From an uncultured Bacilli bacterium (GTDB lineage: Bacteria; Bacillota_I; Bacilli_A; RF39; UBA660): a stretch of 34,355 nucleotides of DNA. Location of the stretch: NCBI GenBank assembly GCA_944363995.1, contig CALVVV010000002.1:1-34355 (forward strand). Reading direction: 5' to 3'. Positions 17,135 to 27,099 of the stretch are shown here, piece after piece. Position numbers and translations under genes: made by a program. Within the stretch, counting starts at the first letter, position 1. Each line of letters opens with the position of its first letter. The notes beneath the pieces are model-generated. The model was not told where the DNA came from, searched no databases, and saw nothing but the letters and a program-made list of their open reading frames with translations.

Positions 17135-17800
17135 ATGGAAAAAGATTTTATAAGTAGTAGTGTTGATGTAAATGGAGAAAAAGACTTTTCGTCTAATTTT
17201 GAATTTAAAGAGCAAGATAGACATACGACTGAAGAATTAAGTAAAATTTTAACAGATTCTGATTTTGATAGTAAAAATATAGATTTAATGGCTAAGCTTC
17301 AATCTGCATTAAATCGTATTGAACAAACTTTAACACAACAAAAATCCAGTGATGTTCATAAATCACATTCACAGAATAATAATAAAGATATTTATTACTT
17401 AAAACGTGGTGTTATTGGTATTTCACGTAATGGTAGCGTAGGAATAGAAAATTTTGATCAAACTCTAAATTATCATGCAAATGCAACTGTAAAAATATCT
17501 AACGAATTAGGTGCTAATATTCCAATGACGACAATGCCGTTTCAAGCTGGAATAGATGCAAAAGAACAAGGAATATTATTATTGCAATTAGAAAGTGATA
17601 ATTGTCTTATATATTTCCCTGATAATATTACGAATGTTCAGTTAAGTGAATTAATAAAAGCAATTTTTTTAAAGCAAACATATACATATTCATTTGTTCA
17701 TAAAGATGAAATGCTTGATAATCAAAAAGTTTTTGATGTATTATCTTATGCAATAGCTTCTGTTGCTTCATTAAATAAGCAATCAAATTTAACAAGATAA
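17135..17800 (+). CDS. Hypothetical protein translationally coupled to serS
   Basis: ATG lies 1 nt after the serS stop, with AAAGGA upstream inside serS. No recognisable motifs. Confidence 0.55.
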   Translation: MEKDFISSSVDVNGEKDFSSNFEFKEQDRHTTEELSKILTDSDFDSKNIDLMAKLQSALNRIEQTLTQQKSSDVHKSHSQNNNKDIYYLKRGVIGISRNGSVGIENFDQTLNYHANATVKISNELGANIPMTTMPFQAGIDAKEQGILLLQLESDNCLIYFPDNITNVQLSELIKAIFLKQTYTYSFVHKDEMLDNQKVFDVLSYAIASVASLNKQSNLTR

Positions 17801-17836
17801 TATTATAAGTAAAATTATATTAATATAAAAAATGAG

Positions 17837-18538
17837 ATGATTAACATGAAAATAGGTATATTTGATTCTGGTATTGGTGGTTTAACTGTATTAAAAGAAT
17901 TGCTTAAATATAAAAATGAATATTATTATTATGGTGATAATATAAATATTCCTTATGGAACTAAAACAAAACATGAATTACAAATTTTAGCTTCTAAAAT
18001 AATTGAATTTTTAATTTCAAAAAATGTTGATATGATTATTATTGCTTGTGGAACTATTAGTTCTAATATTTACGAATATTTAAAAAATAAATATGATATT
18101 CCTATTTATGATATTATTAGTCCAACATTAAATTATTTAAAAGATAAAAGTTATTATACCTTTGCTACACCAATGACTTGTAGAAGCAAAATATTTAATA
18201 ATGCTATTGAATGCCCTTTATTAGTACCTTTAATTGAAAATGGAAAAAATGTAACTGATGCTTTAAAAGAATATTTAAATAAAATACCTACAAATTCCAA
18301 TTTAGTTTTAGGTTGCACCCATTATCCTATTTTAACTCATGAAATATTGAATATAAGACCAGATTTAAATTTGATTAATATGGGTAAAATTTTAGGGGAA
18401 TCACTTAATTTAAATTCTAATAAATTAAAAATACGATTATATTTTAGTAAAGTTGATATTAATTTACTTGATAATATTAATAAAATAATAAAATATGATT
18501 ATCAATTGGAGGAACTATGCCTGAATTGCCAGAAGTAG
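17837..18538 (+). CDS. murI: Glutamate racemase
   Basis: IGIFDSGIGGLTVLKEL, plus catalytic Cys contexts IIACGT and LGCTHYP. ATG 17846 is an equally plausible start. Confidence 0.85.
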   Translation: MINMKIGIFDSGIGGLTVLKELLKYKNEYYYYGDNINIPYGTKTKHELQILASKIIEFLISKNVDMIIIACGTISSNIYEYLKNKYDIPIYDIISPTLNYLKDKSYYTFATPMTCRSKIFNNAIECPLLVPLIENGKNVTDALKEYLNKIPTNSNLVLGCTHYPILTHEILNIRPDLNLINMGKILGESLNLNSNKLKIRLYFSKVDINLLDNINKIIKYDYQLEELCLNCQK

Positions 18539-19326
18539 AAACCGTAAAAGAAGTTTTGAAAAGCCAAATAATAAATCAAACAATATTAGATGTAGTAGTT
18601 AATTACCCTAAAATGATTGAAAATATGGATTATTTAGATTTTATTGAAAAACTTAAAAATCAAACAGTAATTGATATTAAAAGAAGAGGAAAATGGTTGT
18701 TATTTGAATTAAATGATTATTATTTATTATCACATTTACGGATGGAAGGTAAGTATTATATTAAAAATTTTAATGATGAGGTAACTAAACATCAACACGT
18801 TATATTTAAATTTAAAGATTTTGAATTGCGATACAATGATACACGAAAATTTGGTAGAATGTATTTATTAGATAAAAAAAATATTTATAATACTAAGCCA
18901 TTAAATGAATTAGGGTATGAACCATGGGATGATAAATTAGATGTCGATTATTTGAAAATAAGATATCAAAATAAGGAAAATCCTATAAAAACAGTTTTAT
19001 TAGATCAGTCAATAATAGTTGGTATCGGTAATATATATGCAGATGAAATATTATATTTAAGTAAAATAAATCCTTATAAAAAGGCTAAAACCTTATCTAA
19101 TGAAGAATTAAAAAATATAATTATTAATACTAAAAATGTTTTAGAAAAAGCAATTAAATTAGGCGGAACAACAATTAAAAGTTATACTTCTAGTGAAGGT
19201 GTACATGGCAAATTTCAAAATGAATTATTAGTTCATACAAAAAAGATATGCCCATGTAATCATAAAGTTATCAAAGTAAAAATTAATGGAAGAGGAACAT
19301 ATTACTGTGAAAAATGTCAGAAATGA
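18517..19326 (+). CDS. mutM: Formamidopyrimidine-DNA glycosylase
   Basis: MPELPEVETV N-terminus and a C-terminal zinc finger (CPC...YYCEKCQ). SD GGAGGA. It overlaps the murI end by 22 nt. Confidence 0.92.
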   Translation: MPELPEVETVKEVLKSQIINQTILDVVVNYPKMIENMDYLDFIEKLKNQTVIDIKRRGKWLLFELNDYYLLSHLRMEGKYYIKNFNDEVTKHQHVIFKFKDFELRYNDTRKFGRMYLLDKKNIYNTKPLNELGYEPWDDKLDVDYLKIRYQNKENPIKTVLLDQSIIVGIGNIYADEILYLSKINPYKKAKTLSNEELKNIIINTKNVLEKAIKLGGTTIKSYTSSEGVHGKFQNELLVHTKKICPCNHKVIKVKINGRGTYYCEKCQK

Positions 19327-19334
19327 CATTTTTT
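19311..19334 (+). terminator. mutM terminator
   Basis: AAATGTCA-gaaa-TGACATTT followed by a T-run. The TGA stop sits in the 3' arm. Confidence 0.55.
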
Positions 19335-19380
19335 GTCTATTATAAAATTAATTTATTAAACTTATATAATTAGTCAATAT

Positions 19381-19406
19381 AAAAAGAGATAAAATTACTT
19401 TATCTC
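19381..19406 (-). terminator. rnj terminator
   Basis: GAGATAAA / TTTATCTC 8-bp hairpin with the rnj stop codon in the loop and a T-run on the minus strand. Confidence 0.5.
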
Positions 19407-21038
19407 CATAATAACTGGTAATATTGTTGGTTTTCGACCTGTTTTATTATAAACATAATTTAATAATTCTGATATGATTAATGATTTTAAATCACCAATA
19501 TTTTTAATATTATGTTCAACGACATATTTTGTTTTGTTTTCTAAATCATGCAATAATTCCATATTATCATTAACTAAAACAAACCCACGAGTAGTAACAG
19601 TCGGATTTGATAACAATTTATTGTTTTTAATAGCAAAACTAATAATAACAATACCATCTTGGCTCATTGATTTTCTTTCTTTTATGACAATATTATCAAC
19701 ATCACCAATTTTATTACCATCAACATAAGAGTCACCAGCAACAACTGATTCACCTTTTGTAATGTAACCATTTTTCATGTTTAAAACATCACCATTGCTT
19801 AACACAAAAGTATTTTCTTTAGGTATATTACACATTACGCCTAAATCGGCATGACTTTTAAGCATTCGATATTCACCATGAACTGGCATAAAATATTTTG
19901 GTTTAATAAGTCTAATCATTAATTTTAATTCTTCTTGACTAGCATGACCTGATGTATGAACATCGCTTAAAGAAGTGTTGGTATATACTTTAACACCTTT
20001 CAAATAAAGTTTATTTATGGTTCTTGAAATACTAATTGCATTTCCTGGAATTGCTGAAGAAGAAAATACAACAGTATCATTACTTTTTAATTTTATTTGT
20101 TTGTGATTACCATTGGCAATTCTACTTAGAGCAGCTAAGGGTTCGCCTTGACTTCCAGTACATAAAAGACAAACTTTATGATCAGGCATGTTATTAGCTT
20201 CTTCCGGACTAATAAAAATTCCTTTATTTTTAATATATCCACCTTCAATTGAAATTTCAATATTAGTGTTCATGCTTCTACCAAAAATAGCAATTTTTCG
20301 ATTATTTCTTTTACATGTGTCAACAATATGTTTTAAACGGTAAATATTAGAAGCAAATGTAGCAATAATAATACGGCCATGGTGTTTTCTAAATATTTCT
20401 GATAATGCTTCATCAACTTTAGACTCACTAGCAGAAAAACCTTCATTTAAAGCGTTTGTACTATCACTTAATAATAATGTTACACCTTTTTTTCCAATTT
20501 CAGCCATTTTATGAATATTTGCCATAGGTCCAATTGGTGTTAAATCAAATTTAAAATCTCCTGTTGTCACAATAGTGCCATTAGGCGTATGAATGCATAT
20601 ACCATGACTATCAGGAATAGAGTGGGTTGTCATAAAAAATTCCACCATCATATGTTTAAATTTAATTTTTGATTTTTCATTATAAACATATAAATTTTTA
20701 TATTGAATATTTCTTTCTTCTAATTTACCTTTAATTAATCCAATAGCTTGATTAGGTGCATAAATAGTAGGAATATTAACGTTTTGTAATAAAAAAGGAA
20801 TTGCACCAATATGATCTTCATGACCATGAGTTATAAATAATGCTTTAATCTTGCGTTCATTTCGTTTTAGAAAAGTAAAATCAGGTATAATATAATCTAT
20901 ACCCATCATATTATCAGGAAATGTAACACCAGCATCAATAATAATAATTTCATTTTCATGTGATATACAATACATATTTTTTCCTACTTCACCTAGTCCA
21001 CCTAGAGCAAAAATTTTAGTAGCATTTTCTTTAAACAT
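19395..21038 (-). CDS. rnj: Ribonuclease J
   Basis: Metallo-beta-lactamase motif FITHGHEDHIG, a beta-CASP region, a length of about 550 aa, and SD AAGGAGG. Confidence 0.92.
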   Translation of the reverse strand: MFKENATKIFALGGLGEVGKNMYCISHENEIIIIDAGVTFPDNMMGIDYIIPDFTFLKRNERKIKALFITHGHEDHIGAIPFLLQNVNIPTIYAPNQAIGLIKGKLEERNIQYKNLYVYNEKSKIKFKHMMVEFFMTTHSIPDSHGICIHTPNGTIVTTGDFKFDLTPIGPMANIHKMAEIGKKGVTLLLSDSTNALNEGFSASESKVDEALSEIFRKHHGRIIIATFASNIYRLKHIVDTCKRNNRKIAIFGRSMNTNIEISIEGGYIKNKGIFISPEEANNMPDHKVCLLCTGSQGEPLAALSRIANGNHKQIKLKSNDTVVFSSSAIPGNAISISRTINKLYLKGVKVYTNTSLSDVHTSGHASQEELKLMIRLIKPKYFMPVHGEYRMLKSHADLGVMCNIPKENTFVLSNGDVLNMKNGYITKGESVVAGDSYVDGNKIGDVDNIVIKERKSMSQDGIVIISFAIKNNKLLSNPTVTTRGFVLVNDNMELLHDLENKTKYVVEHNIKNIGDLKSLIISELLNYVYNKTGRKPTILPVIMEIK

Positions 21039-21075
21039 TTTAACCTCCTTCCTTTTTAAGAGTTATGACTTTATA

Positions 21076-21104
21076 ATTATACATTTTTTAATAATTTTTG
21101 TCAA
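21076..21104 (-). promoter_or_regulatory. rnj promoter (TTGACA - 17 nt - TGTATAAT on the minus strand)
   Basis: Consensus hexamers read on the reverse complement. Confidence 0.5.
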
Positions 21105-21122
21105 AATGAAAATAAATTATTC

Positions 21123-21151
21123 TTGACTTATTTGACTTATTTTATTAAAAT
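21123..21151 (+). promoter_or_regulatory. rny promoter (TTGACT - 17 nt - TAAAAT); the -35 lies in a tandem TTGACTTAT duplication
   Basis: TTGACTTATTTGACTTAT is seen directly at 21123-21140. Confidence 0.4.
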
Positions 21152-21190
21152 AATATTAGAGTTAACACTCTAAGAAAGTGGAGGTAATAT

Positions 21191-22744
21191 ATGAATGGTA
21201 TTATACTCTCCATTTTATTTGTAATATTGGGAATTTTTGTCGGAATCATTACAATGATTATACTAAATTATATAAAAAATAATATGTCTGAAAAAAAAGC
21301 TGAATCAATTATTGATAAAGCTAACAAAGAAGCTGATAAAATAAAGAGAAATTATTTATTAGAAGCTAAAGAAGAAGCTCATAAATTAAAAATAGAATTT
21401 GAAAAAGAAGTAAAAGAAAAGAAAAATGAAATTAAAGATTCAGAAGATCGTTTAATTTTAAGAGAAGGTAATATTGATAAAAGAGATCAAACATTACAAA
21501 ATCGTGAGCAAATGTTAGAAGAAAGAGAAAATAATTTAGTTAACAAACAAAGAGAAATTCAAAAAGAACAAGATAAAGTGGAGGAAATAAAAAAGCAACA
21601 AGTGGATTTACTAGAAAAAATAGCTGGTTATTCTAAAAATGAAGCAAGGGATTTAGTTTTGAAAAAAGTTGAAGAAATGATGAATTTAGAAATAGCCGCT
21701 TACATTAAAGATAGGGAAGTTGAAGCAAAGTTAGAAGTTGATAAAAAAGCAAAAAGTCTGCTAATTAGTTCAATGCAAAAATATGCTGGCGATGTTGCTG
21801 GTGATCAAACTGTAACAGTCGTTAATTTACCAAATGATGATATGAAAGGAAGATTAATTGGTCGAGAAGGACGAAATATTCGTTCAATTGAGGCAGTAAC
21901 TGGTGTTGATTTGATAATTGATGATACGCCAGAAGCAATAGTACTATCTAGCTTTGATCCATATCGTAGAGAAATTGCTAGGGTTGCAATTGAATCATTA
22001 ATAAAAGATGGAAGAATTCATCCTGGTAGAATTGAAGAAATATATGATAAAACTGTTCAAGAAATGAAAGCTAAATTACTTGAATATGGTGAAGATGCTC
22101 TATTTGAATTAGGCATTACAAAAGTTGAACCTGAATTGCAAGAATTATTAGGAAAATTATATTTTAGAACTAGTTTTGGGCAAAATGCTTTAAAACATTC
22201 TATCGAAGTAGCTCATTTATCAGGTATTTTAGCTAGTGAGTTAGGTGAAAATGTTGCTTTAGCTAAGAGAGCGGGTTTATTTCACGACATTGGAAAATCA
22301 ATTGATCATGAAGTTGAAGGTTCTCATGTTGAATTAGGTGCTAATTTAGCCAAAAAATATAAGGAAAGTGAAACAGTTATTAATGCTATTGAATCACACC
22401 ATGGTGATAAAGATGCAACTAGTGTCATATCAGTTTTAGTAGCAATAGCTGATGCCTTGTCAGCTTCACGTCCTGGTGCAAGAAATGATTCTTTAGAAAA
22501 TTATGTTCAACGATTACAAGAACTGGAAAAAATAGGTAATGAAATACCAGGCGTTGAAAAATCATATGCTATGCAAGCTGGTAGAGAATTAAGGGTTATA
22601 GTTAAACCAGATAAAATCGATGATACTGCTAGTTATAAAGTTGCACGTGATATTAAAAATAAAATAGAGGAAACTTTACAATATCCAGGTACTATTAAGG
22701 TTATTGTAATTAGAGAAACAAGAGCACAAGAAGAAGCAAAATAA
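21191..22744 (+). CDS. rny: Ribonuclease Y
   Basis: N-terminal TM helix, coiled coil, KH domain ([15 protein letters not shown]) and HD domain (LFHDIGK). Confidence 0.93.
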   Translation: MNGIILSILFVILGIFVGIITMIILNYIKNNMSEKKAESIIDKANKEADKIKRNYLLEAKEEAHKLKIEFEKEVKEKKNEIKDSEDRLILREGNIDKRDQTLQNREQMLEERENNLVNKQREIQKEQDKVEEIKKQQVDLLEKIAGYSKNEARDLVLKKVEEMMNLEIAAYIKDREVEAKLEVDKKAKSLLISSMQKYAGDVAGDQTVTVVNLPNDDMKGRLIGREGRNIRSIEAVTGVDLIIDDTPEAIVLSSFDPYRREIARVAIESLIKDGRIHPGRIEEIYDKTVQEMKAKLLEYGEDALFELGITKVEPELQELLGKLYFRTSFGQNALKHSIEVAHLSGILASELGENVALAKRAGLFHDIGKSIDHEVEGSHVELGANLAKKYKESETVINAIESHHGDKDATSVISVLVAIADALSASRPGARNDSLENYVQRLQELEKIGNEIPGVEKSYAMQAGRELRVIVKPDKIDDTASYKVARDIKNKIEETLQYPGTIKVIVIRETRAQEEAK

Positions 22745-22768
22745 AAGCTACTATTATACTAAAATATT

Positions 22769-22794
22769 AAAAGAACTAGTATCCTAGTTCTTTT
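22769..22794. terminator. Bidirectional terminator between rny and the small convergent gene
   Basis: AAAAGAACTAG-tatc-CTAGTTCTTTT, flanked by A and T runs. Confidence 0.55.
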
Positions 22795-23008
22795 AACGAT
22801 AATATGGACCGTATGGTGGGTATGGTGGATATAGTGGATATGGTGGTCTATTATATGGTGGACGCCAGAAATTAGGAGCTAAAGCTGCTCCTGTGACACC
22901 TCCTAATAAAAAAGGAAAAGCGAAACCACCAATAAATCTTTCATCATTTGGATAATTTTGATTATTTTTATAGTTATTAAAATAATTATTATAATAATTC
23001 GGATACAT
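22793..23008 (-). CDS. Small Tyr/Pro/Asn-rich protein with a central Gly-rich hydrophobic segment (possible spore coat/integument protein)
   Basis: A strong SD (GAAAGGAGTG) lies 6 nt before the ATG and a terminator follows directly. 71 aa, with an N-terminal NYxN-rich region and a C-terminal PPY repeat. Confidence 0.6.
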   Translation of the reverse strand: MYPNYYNNYFNNYKNNQNYPNDERFIGGFAFPFLLGGVTGAALAPNFWRPPYNRPPYPLYPPYPPYGPYYR

Positions 23009-23097
23009 AAAAACACTCCTTTCAATTTATCTTATGAAATATACCTAATTTTGTGAAATAGTTACATGAAATTCATATATTTAATTAGGTGATAAAA

Positions 23098-23949
23098 TTG
23101 AAAAAAATATTTGAATTAATTGGTTTATTTAGTTTGATTTGTTTTAGTTTTTTTTATACTGACAAAATAACAACAGTTATAAAAGAAAATGATGATATTT
23201 TAAATCAAATTGAAGAAGTAACTAACCAATATAAAATTGATCCTATTAATGCAAAAATTGATAATAATACAATCATTCCTGGAATAAATGGTATGGAAAT
23301 TGATATAAATGAAAGTTATAAAAAAATGAAAAAAATAAATAGCTTTAATACAAATTTATTAGTTTATCGACAAATTGAACCAGAAATCAGCATAAAAAAA
23401 ATTTATAATAAATACATTATTGGTGGCAATTCAAATAAGAACGAAGTAAGTTTACTTTTTAAAGTAAAAGAAAATGATAATGTTAATGATATTATTCTAA
23501 TATTAAAAAAATATCAATTGTATGCAACTTTTTATATTGATGGCATTTGGTTTGAAAATAATAATGATAAAATAATGGATTTAATAAAAGCTGGCTATTT
23601 AATTGGTAATTTAGGTTATAATTATCAATATAATGTGAGTGGTATTAGTTGGATGAATACTATAGTTACAAATATTGGTAAACAAAATCATACATATTGT
23701 TATACAGAAAAAGAAAATCCTGAAATATTAAATATTTGTCAAAATAATAAAAGTTATACAGTTATACCTAGTCTAATAATAAAAAAAAATCCGTTAATAG
23801 AAGTAAAAAAATATTTAAAAAATGGGAGTATTATTTCATTAGATATAAATAATCAAGTTACAAAAGAATTACCTTTAATAATTGAATATATTATGTCAAA
23901 AGATATAGCAATAGTTGATTTAGAACAGTTGTTAGATGAAAGTTTTTAA
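23098..23949 (+). CDS. NodB-homology (polysaccharide deacetylase-like) protein with degenerate catalytic motifs, PdaB/YlxY-like
   Basis: N-terminal TM helix. The NodB-like core is EVSLLFKV...YATFYIDGIW...GYLIGNLGYNY. The TFDDG and HSxxH positions are replaced. TTG 23098 lies 6 nt after AGGTGA. Confidence 0.55.
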   Translation: MKKIFELIGLFSLICFSFFYTDKITTVIKENDDILNQIEEVTNQYKIDPINAKIDNNTIIPGINGMEIDINESYKKMKKINSFNTNLLVYRQIEPEISIKKIYNKYIIGGNSNKNEVSLLFKVKENDNVNDIILILKKYQLYATFYIDGIWFENNNDKIMDLIKAGYLIGNLGYNYQYNVSGISWMNTIVTNIGKQNHTYCYTEKENPEILNICQNNKSYTVIPSLIIKKNPLIEVKKYLKNGSIISLDINNQVTKELPLIIEYIMSKDIAIVDLEQLLDESF

Positions 23950-24026
23950 TTACCATTAAATAGTAGTTTAAAATCTTTTTTTTTATGCTATAATAATAAC
24001 CAGGTTTAAAAGGGAAGTGATCAATC

Positions 24027-26330
24027 TTGAAAAAATATAATTTGCCAGTAATCCTTTTAAATGGCATTGTTTTATTACCACAAAATATTTTGAAATTAGA
24101 ATTTGATGCAAAAAACAGTGATAATAATGTTATTGATATGGCATTATTATTTCATGATAATTATATTTTAGTTGTTAGTGAATATAATCAAAAAAGAATG
24201 CCTAAAATTGGTGTTTTATCAAAAATAGAAAGTCATTTGGTATTACCGAATGGAAATATGCGTGTTGATATAAAAGGTCTAAGAAGAGTAAATATTGTTG
24301 AATTTTTAAATTTAAATAAAGTTAAAGAACCTTTAGAATCAATTGTTAGTGAAATAACTAGTGAAAAAATAGAGAATGAACAATTAATTATTAACAAATT
24401 AGTTAAAGAAATTAAAATCTATATAAAAAATATATCATATATTAGTAATGATATCATTAATATGATTGAAAAAGAAACTAATTTAGATAAATTTACTGAT
24501 ATTGTCGTACCCAATTTATTTAATAATAAGAAAAAAATGTTAGATTATTTAAATACAGTTGATCCAATTAAACGTAGTGAAATGCTATTAAAAGATATTT
24601 ATATAGAAAAAGAAATGTTTCAAATTGAACGTAATTTAGATATGAAGATAAAAAAAGAAATGGATGACACACAAAAAGAATTTCTATTAAGAGAAAAGAT
24701 AAGAATGCTTAAAGAAGAGTTGGGTGAATATTCAAGTAAAGATAATGAATTAGAAAAATTAAAAAAACAAATTGAAAATTTTTCTTGTCCGCCTAAAATA
24801 AAAGAAAGACTTTATTTTGAAATTAAACGTTATGAAAGTAGTTCAATTGCTTCACCAGAAATCAATGTAATAAGAGATTATATTGAATGGCTATTAAATT
24901 TACCTTGGAATATTTACACAGAAGATAATAATGATTTAAATAATGTCAAAGAAAAATTAGATAAATCACATTATGGTTTAGAAGAGGTGAAAGAACGAAT
25001 TATTGAATATTTGGCTGTTAAGCAAATAAGTAAAAATGATGCTAGTCCAATTATATGTTTAGTAGGACCTCCTGGAGTTGGTAAAACGAGCTTAGCAGTT
25101 AGTATTGCTAAATCTTTAAATAAAAATTTTGTAAAAATATCTTTAAATGGTATAAAGGATGAATCAGAAATTTTAGGTCATCGCAAAACATATGTTGGTG
25201 CCAGTCCAGGAAGAATTATTTCTTCTTTAAAAAAAGCTAAAAGTAGTAATCCCTTATTATTAATTGATGAAATTGATAAAATGAGTTATGATTATCGCAG
25301 TAATCCTACTAATAGTTTATTAAGTATTTTAGATTCAAAACAAAATAAATATTTTAGTGATAATTATATTGAAGAAGAGTTTGATTTATCTCATGTTTTA
25401 TTTGTTTTGACGGCTAATTACATTGAAGATATTCCAGAACCTTTAAAAGATCGATTAGAAATCATCAATATTTCTGGTTATACAGAATTTGAAAAATTAG
25501 ATATAGCTAACAAATATTTATTACCAAAAATTATCAATGAAAAAGGCTTAAACAATAAGTTTATCAATATTAGTGATAATGTAATATTAAAAATAATTCG
25601 TAATTATACTAAAGAGGCTGGTGTGAGAGAATTACAACGGCAATTAGATAAAATTATAAGAAAAATAATTACTCAATTAGTTATAAATAATATAAAGATC
25701 AATAAAATTAACATTACTGAAAAAGTTTTAGAAAAATATTTAGGAAAAGAAAAATATAAATTTAATATAAAGACTAAATCACAAGTAGGTGTTGTTAATG
25801 GCTTAGCTTATACTATTTATGGTGGGGATACATTACCAATAGAAGTTAATTATTTTAAAGGTAAGGGAAATTTATTACTAACAGGAAGTTTAGGCGAAGT
25901 AATGAAAGAAAGTGCAAGTATTGCTTTAAGTTATTTAAAATCCAATTACAAAATATATAATATTGATTATGAAAAATTAATTAATAATGATATTCATATA
26001 CATGTGCCTGAAGGTGCAATAAAAAAGGATGGACCTAGCGCGGGAATCGCTTTAACTTTAGCTATTTTAAGTGCAATTACTCAAATTAAAATACCTAATA
26101 CTATTGCTTTAACCGGTGAAATTACTTTAAGAGGACATGTTTTAGCAATTGGTGGTTTAAAAGAAAAAACAATAGGTGCATTAAGAAGTGGAATAAAAAC
26201 AATTATCCTACCATACGAAAATTTGAAAGATTTAGAAGAATTACCACATGAGGTTAAAGAAAATATTAAATTTATTACAGTAAAAGATTTTAAAGAAATT
26301 TATCAGGTGATTAAAAATGTTGAAAGATAA
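24027..26330 (+). CDS. lon: ATP-dependent Lon protease (LonA type)
   Basis: LON N-domain, Walker A GPPGVGKTS, proteolytic Ser (KDGPSAGIA) and Lys (GGLKEKT). TTG start. Confidence 0.92.
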   Translation: MKKYNLPVILLNGIVLLPQNILKLEFDAKNSDNNVIDMALLFHDNYILVVSEYNQKRMPKIGVLSKIESHLVLPNGNMRVDIKGLRRVNIVEFLNLNKVKEPLESIVSEITSEKIENEQLIINKLVKEIKIYIKNISYISNDIINMIEKETNLDKFTDIVVPNLFNNKKKMLDYLNTVDPIKRSEMLLKDIYIEKEMFQIERNLDMKIKKEMDDTQKEFLLREKIRMLKEELGEYSSKDNELEKLKKQIENFSCPPKIKERLYFEIKRYESSSIASPEINVIRDYIEWLLNLPWNIYTEDNNDLNNVKEKLDKSHYGLEEVKERIIEYLAVKQISKNDASPIICLVGPPGVGKTSLAVSIAKSLNKNFVKISLNGIKDESEILGHRKTYVGASPGRIISSLKKAKSSNPLLLIDEIDKMSYDYRSNPTNSLLSILDSKQNKYFSDNYIEEEFDLSHVLFVLTANYIEDIPEPLKDRLEIINISGYTEFEKLDIANKYLLPKIINEKGLNNKFINISDNVILKIIRNYTKEAGVRELQRQLDKIIRKIITQLVINNIKINKINITEKVLEKYLGKEKYKFNIKTKSQVGVVNGLAYTIYGGDTLPIEVNYFKGKGNLLLTGSLGEVMKESASIALSYLKSNYKIYNIDYEKLINNDIHIHVPEGAIKKDGPSAGIALTLAILSAITQIKIPNTIALTGEITLRGHVLAIGGLKEKTIGALRSGIKTIILPYENLKDLEELPHEVKENIKFITVKDFKEIYQVIKNVER

Positions 26331-27045
26331 TGAATTTAAAATATTCTATTACAGTAAATTATTACAAAGTTATTTATATAATGATGAAATATATAAAAAG
26401 GTCAATCAAGGATGTTATGATTTATATATTTTTGATCAATATTTTATAGCAATATTAATTAATTTTATTAATGATTATATTTTAATAGATTGTCCATATC
26501 AAGATTTAGATGTCAAACCAAAATTATCTGAATTAGTTAACTATATTAGAATTAATGCTGATTATAAAGATAAAGATACAAAAATAAAATATTATGAAAT
26601 TTTTAATAATTTGATTGTAAATCTTAACAAATTAAATTATGAAGTAACTTATATTGAAGATTGGATATTGTCTGAGTTAATAGCGAGAACAGAAATTAAA
26701 TTAAAACAGACAATTTCTTATGATCAATATTATAAATATGAAGAATTTGTAAAAAAATCTCTTGGATATGACTTTATTTATCTAACTTATCTTTCAGATG
26801 AAATAGACGAAATAGCTTTTAATGATAATATTGAATTATTAGCTAACGATGAGTTTTATTTCGCAAGCTTAAACGATTTTATTTTAAATTGTCCGATTTT
26901 ATTAAATAATACGACTTTTTTAAATAGAGTAAAAAAAATATTAGAATACAATCATCATCATATTGAACGTACTAATTCTTTAAAAACTAGGAAGTTTATA
27001 AAAAAACAAATAAAAAAACATATTAAAACATTAGACAATTTTTAA
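26317..27045 (+). CDS. Hypothetical protein overlapping the lon 3' end
   Basis: SD AGGTGA lies 6 nt before the ATG, which overlaps lon by 14 nt. No recognisable motifs. Confidence 0.55.
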   Translation: MLKDNEFKIFYYSKLLQSYLYNDEIYKKVNQGCYDLYIFDQYFIAILINFINDYILIDCPYQDLDVKPKLSELVNYIRINADYKDKDTKIKYYEIFNNLIVNLNKLNYEVTYIEDWILSELIARTEIKLKQTISYDQYYKYEEFVKKSLGYDFIYLTYLSDEIDEIAFNDNIELLANDEFYFASLNDFILNCPILLNNTTFLNRVKKILEYNHHHIERTNSLKTRKFIKKQIKKHIKTLDNF

Positions 27046-27099
27046 ATTTTATTTGTATAAATTATCTTATTTCTCATATAATTAAATGGGAGTGATAAG

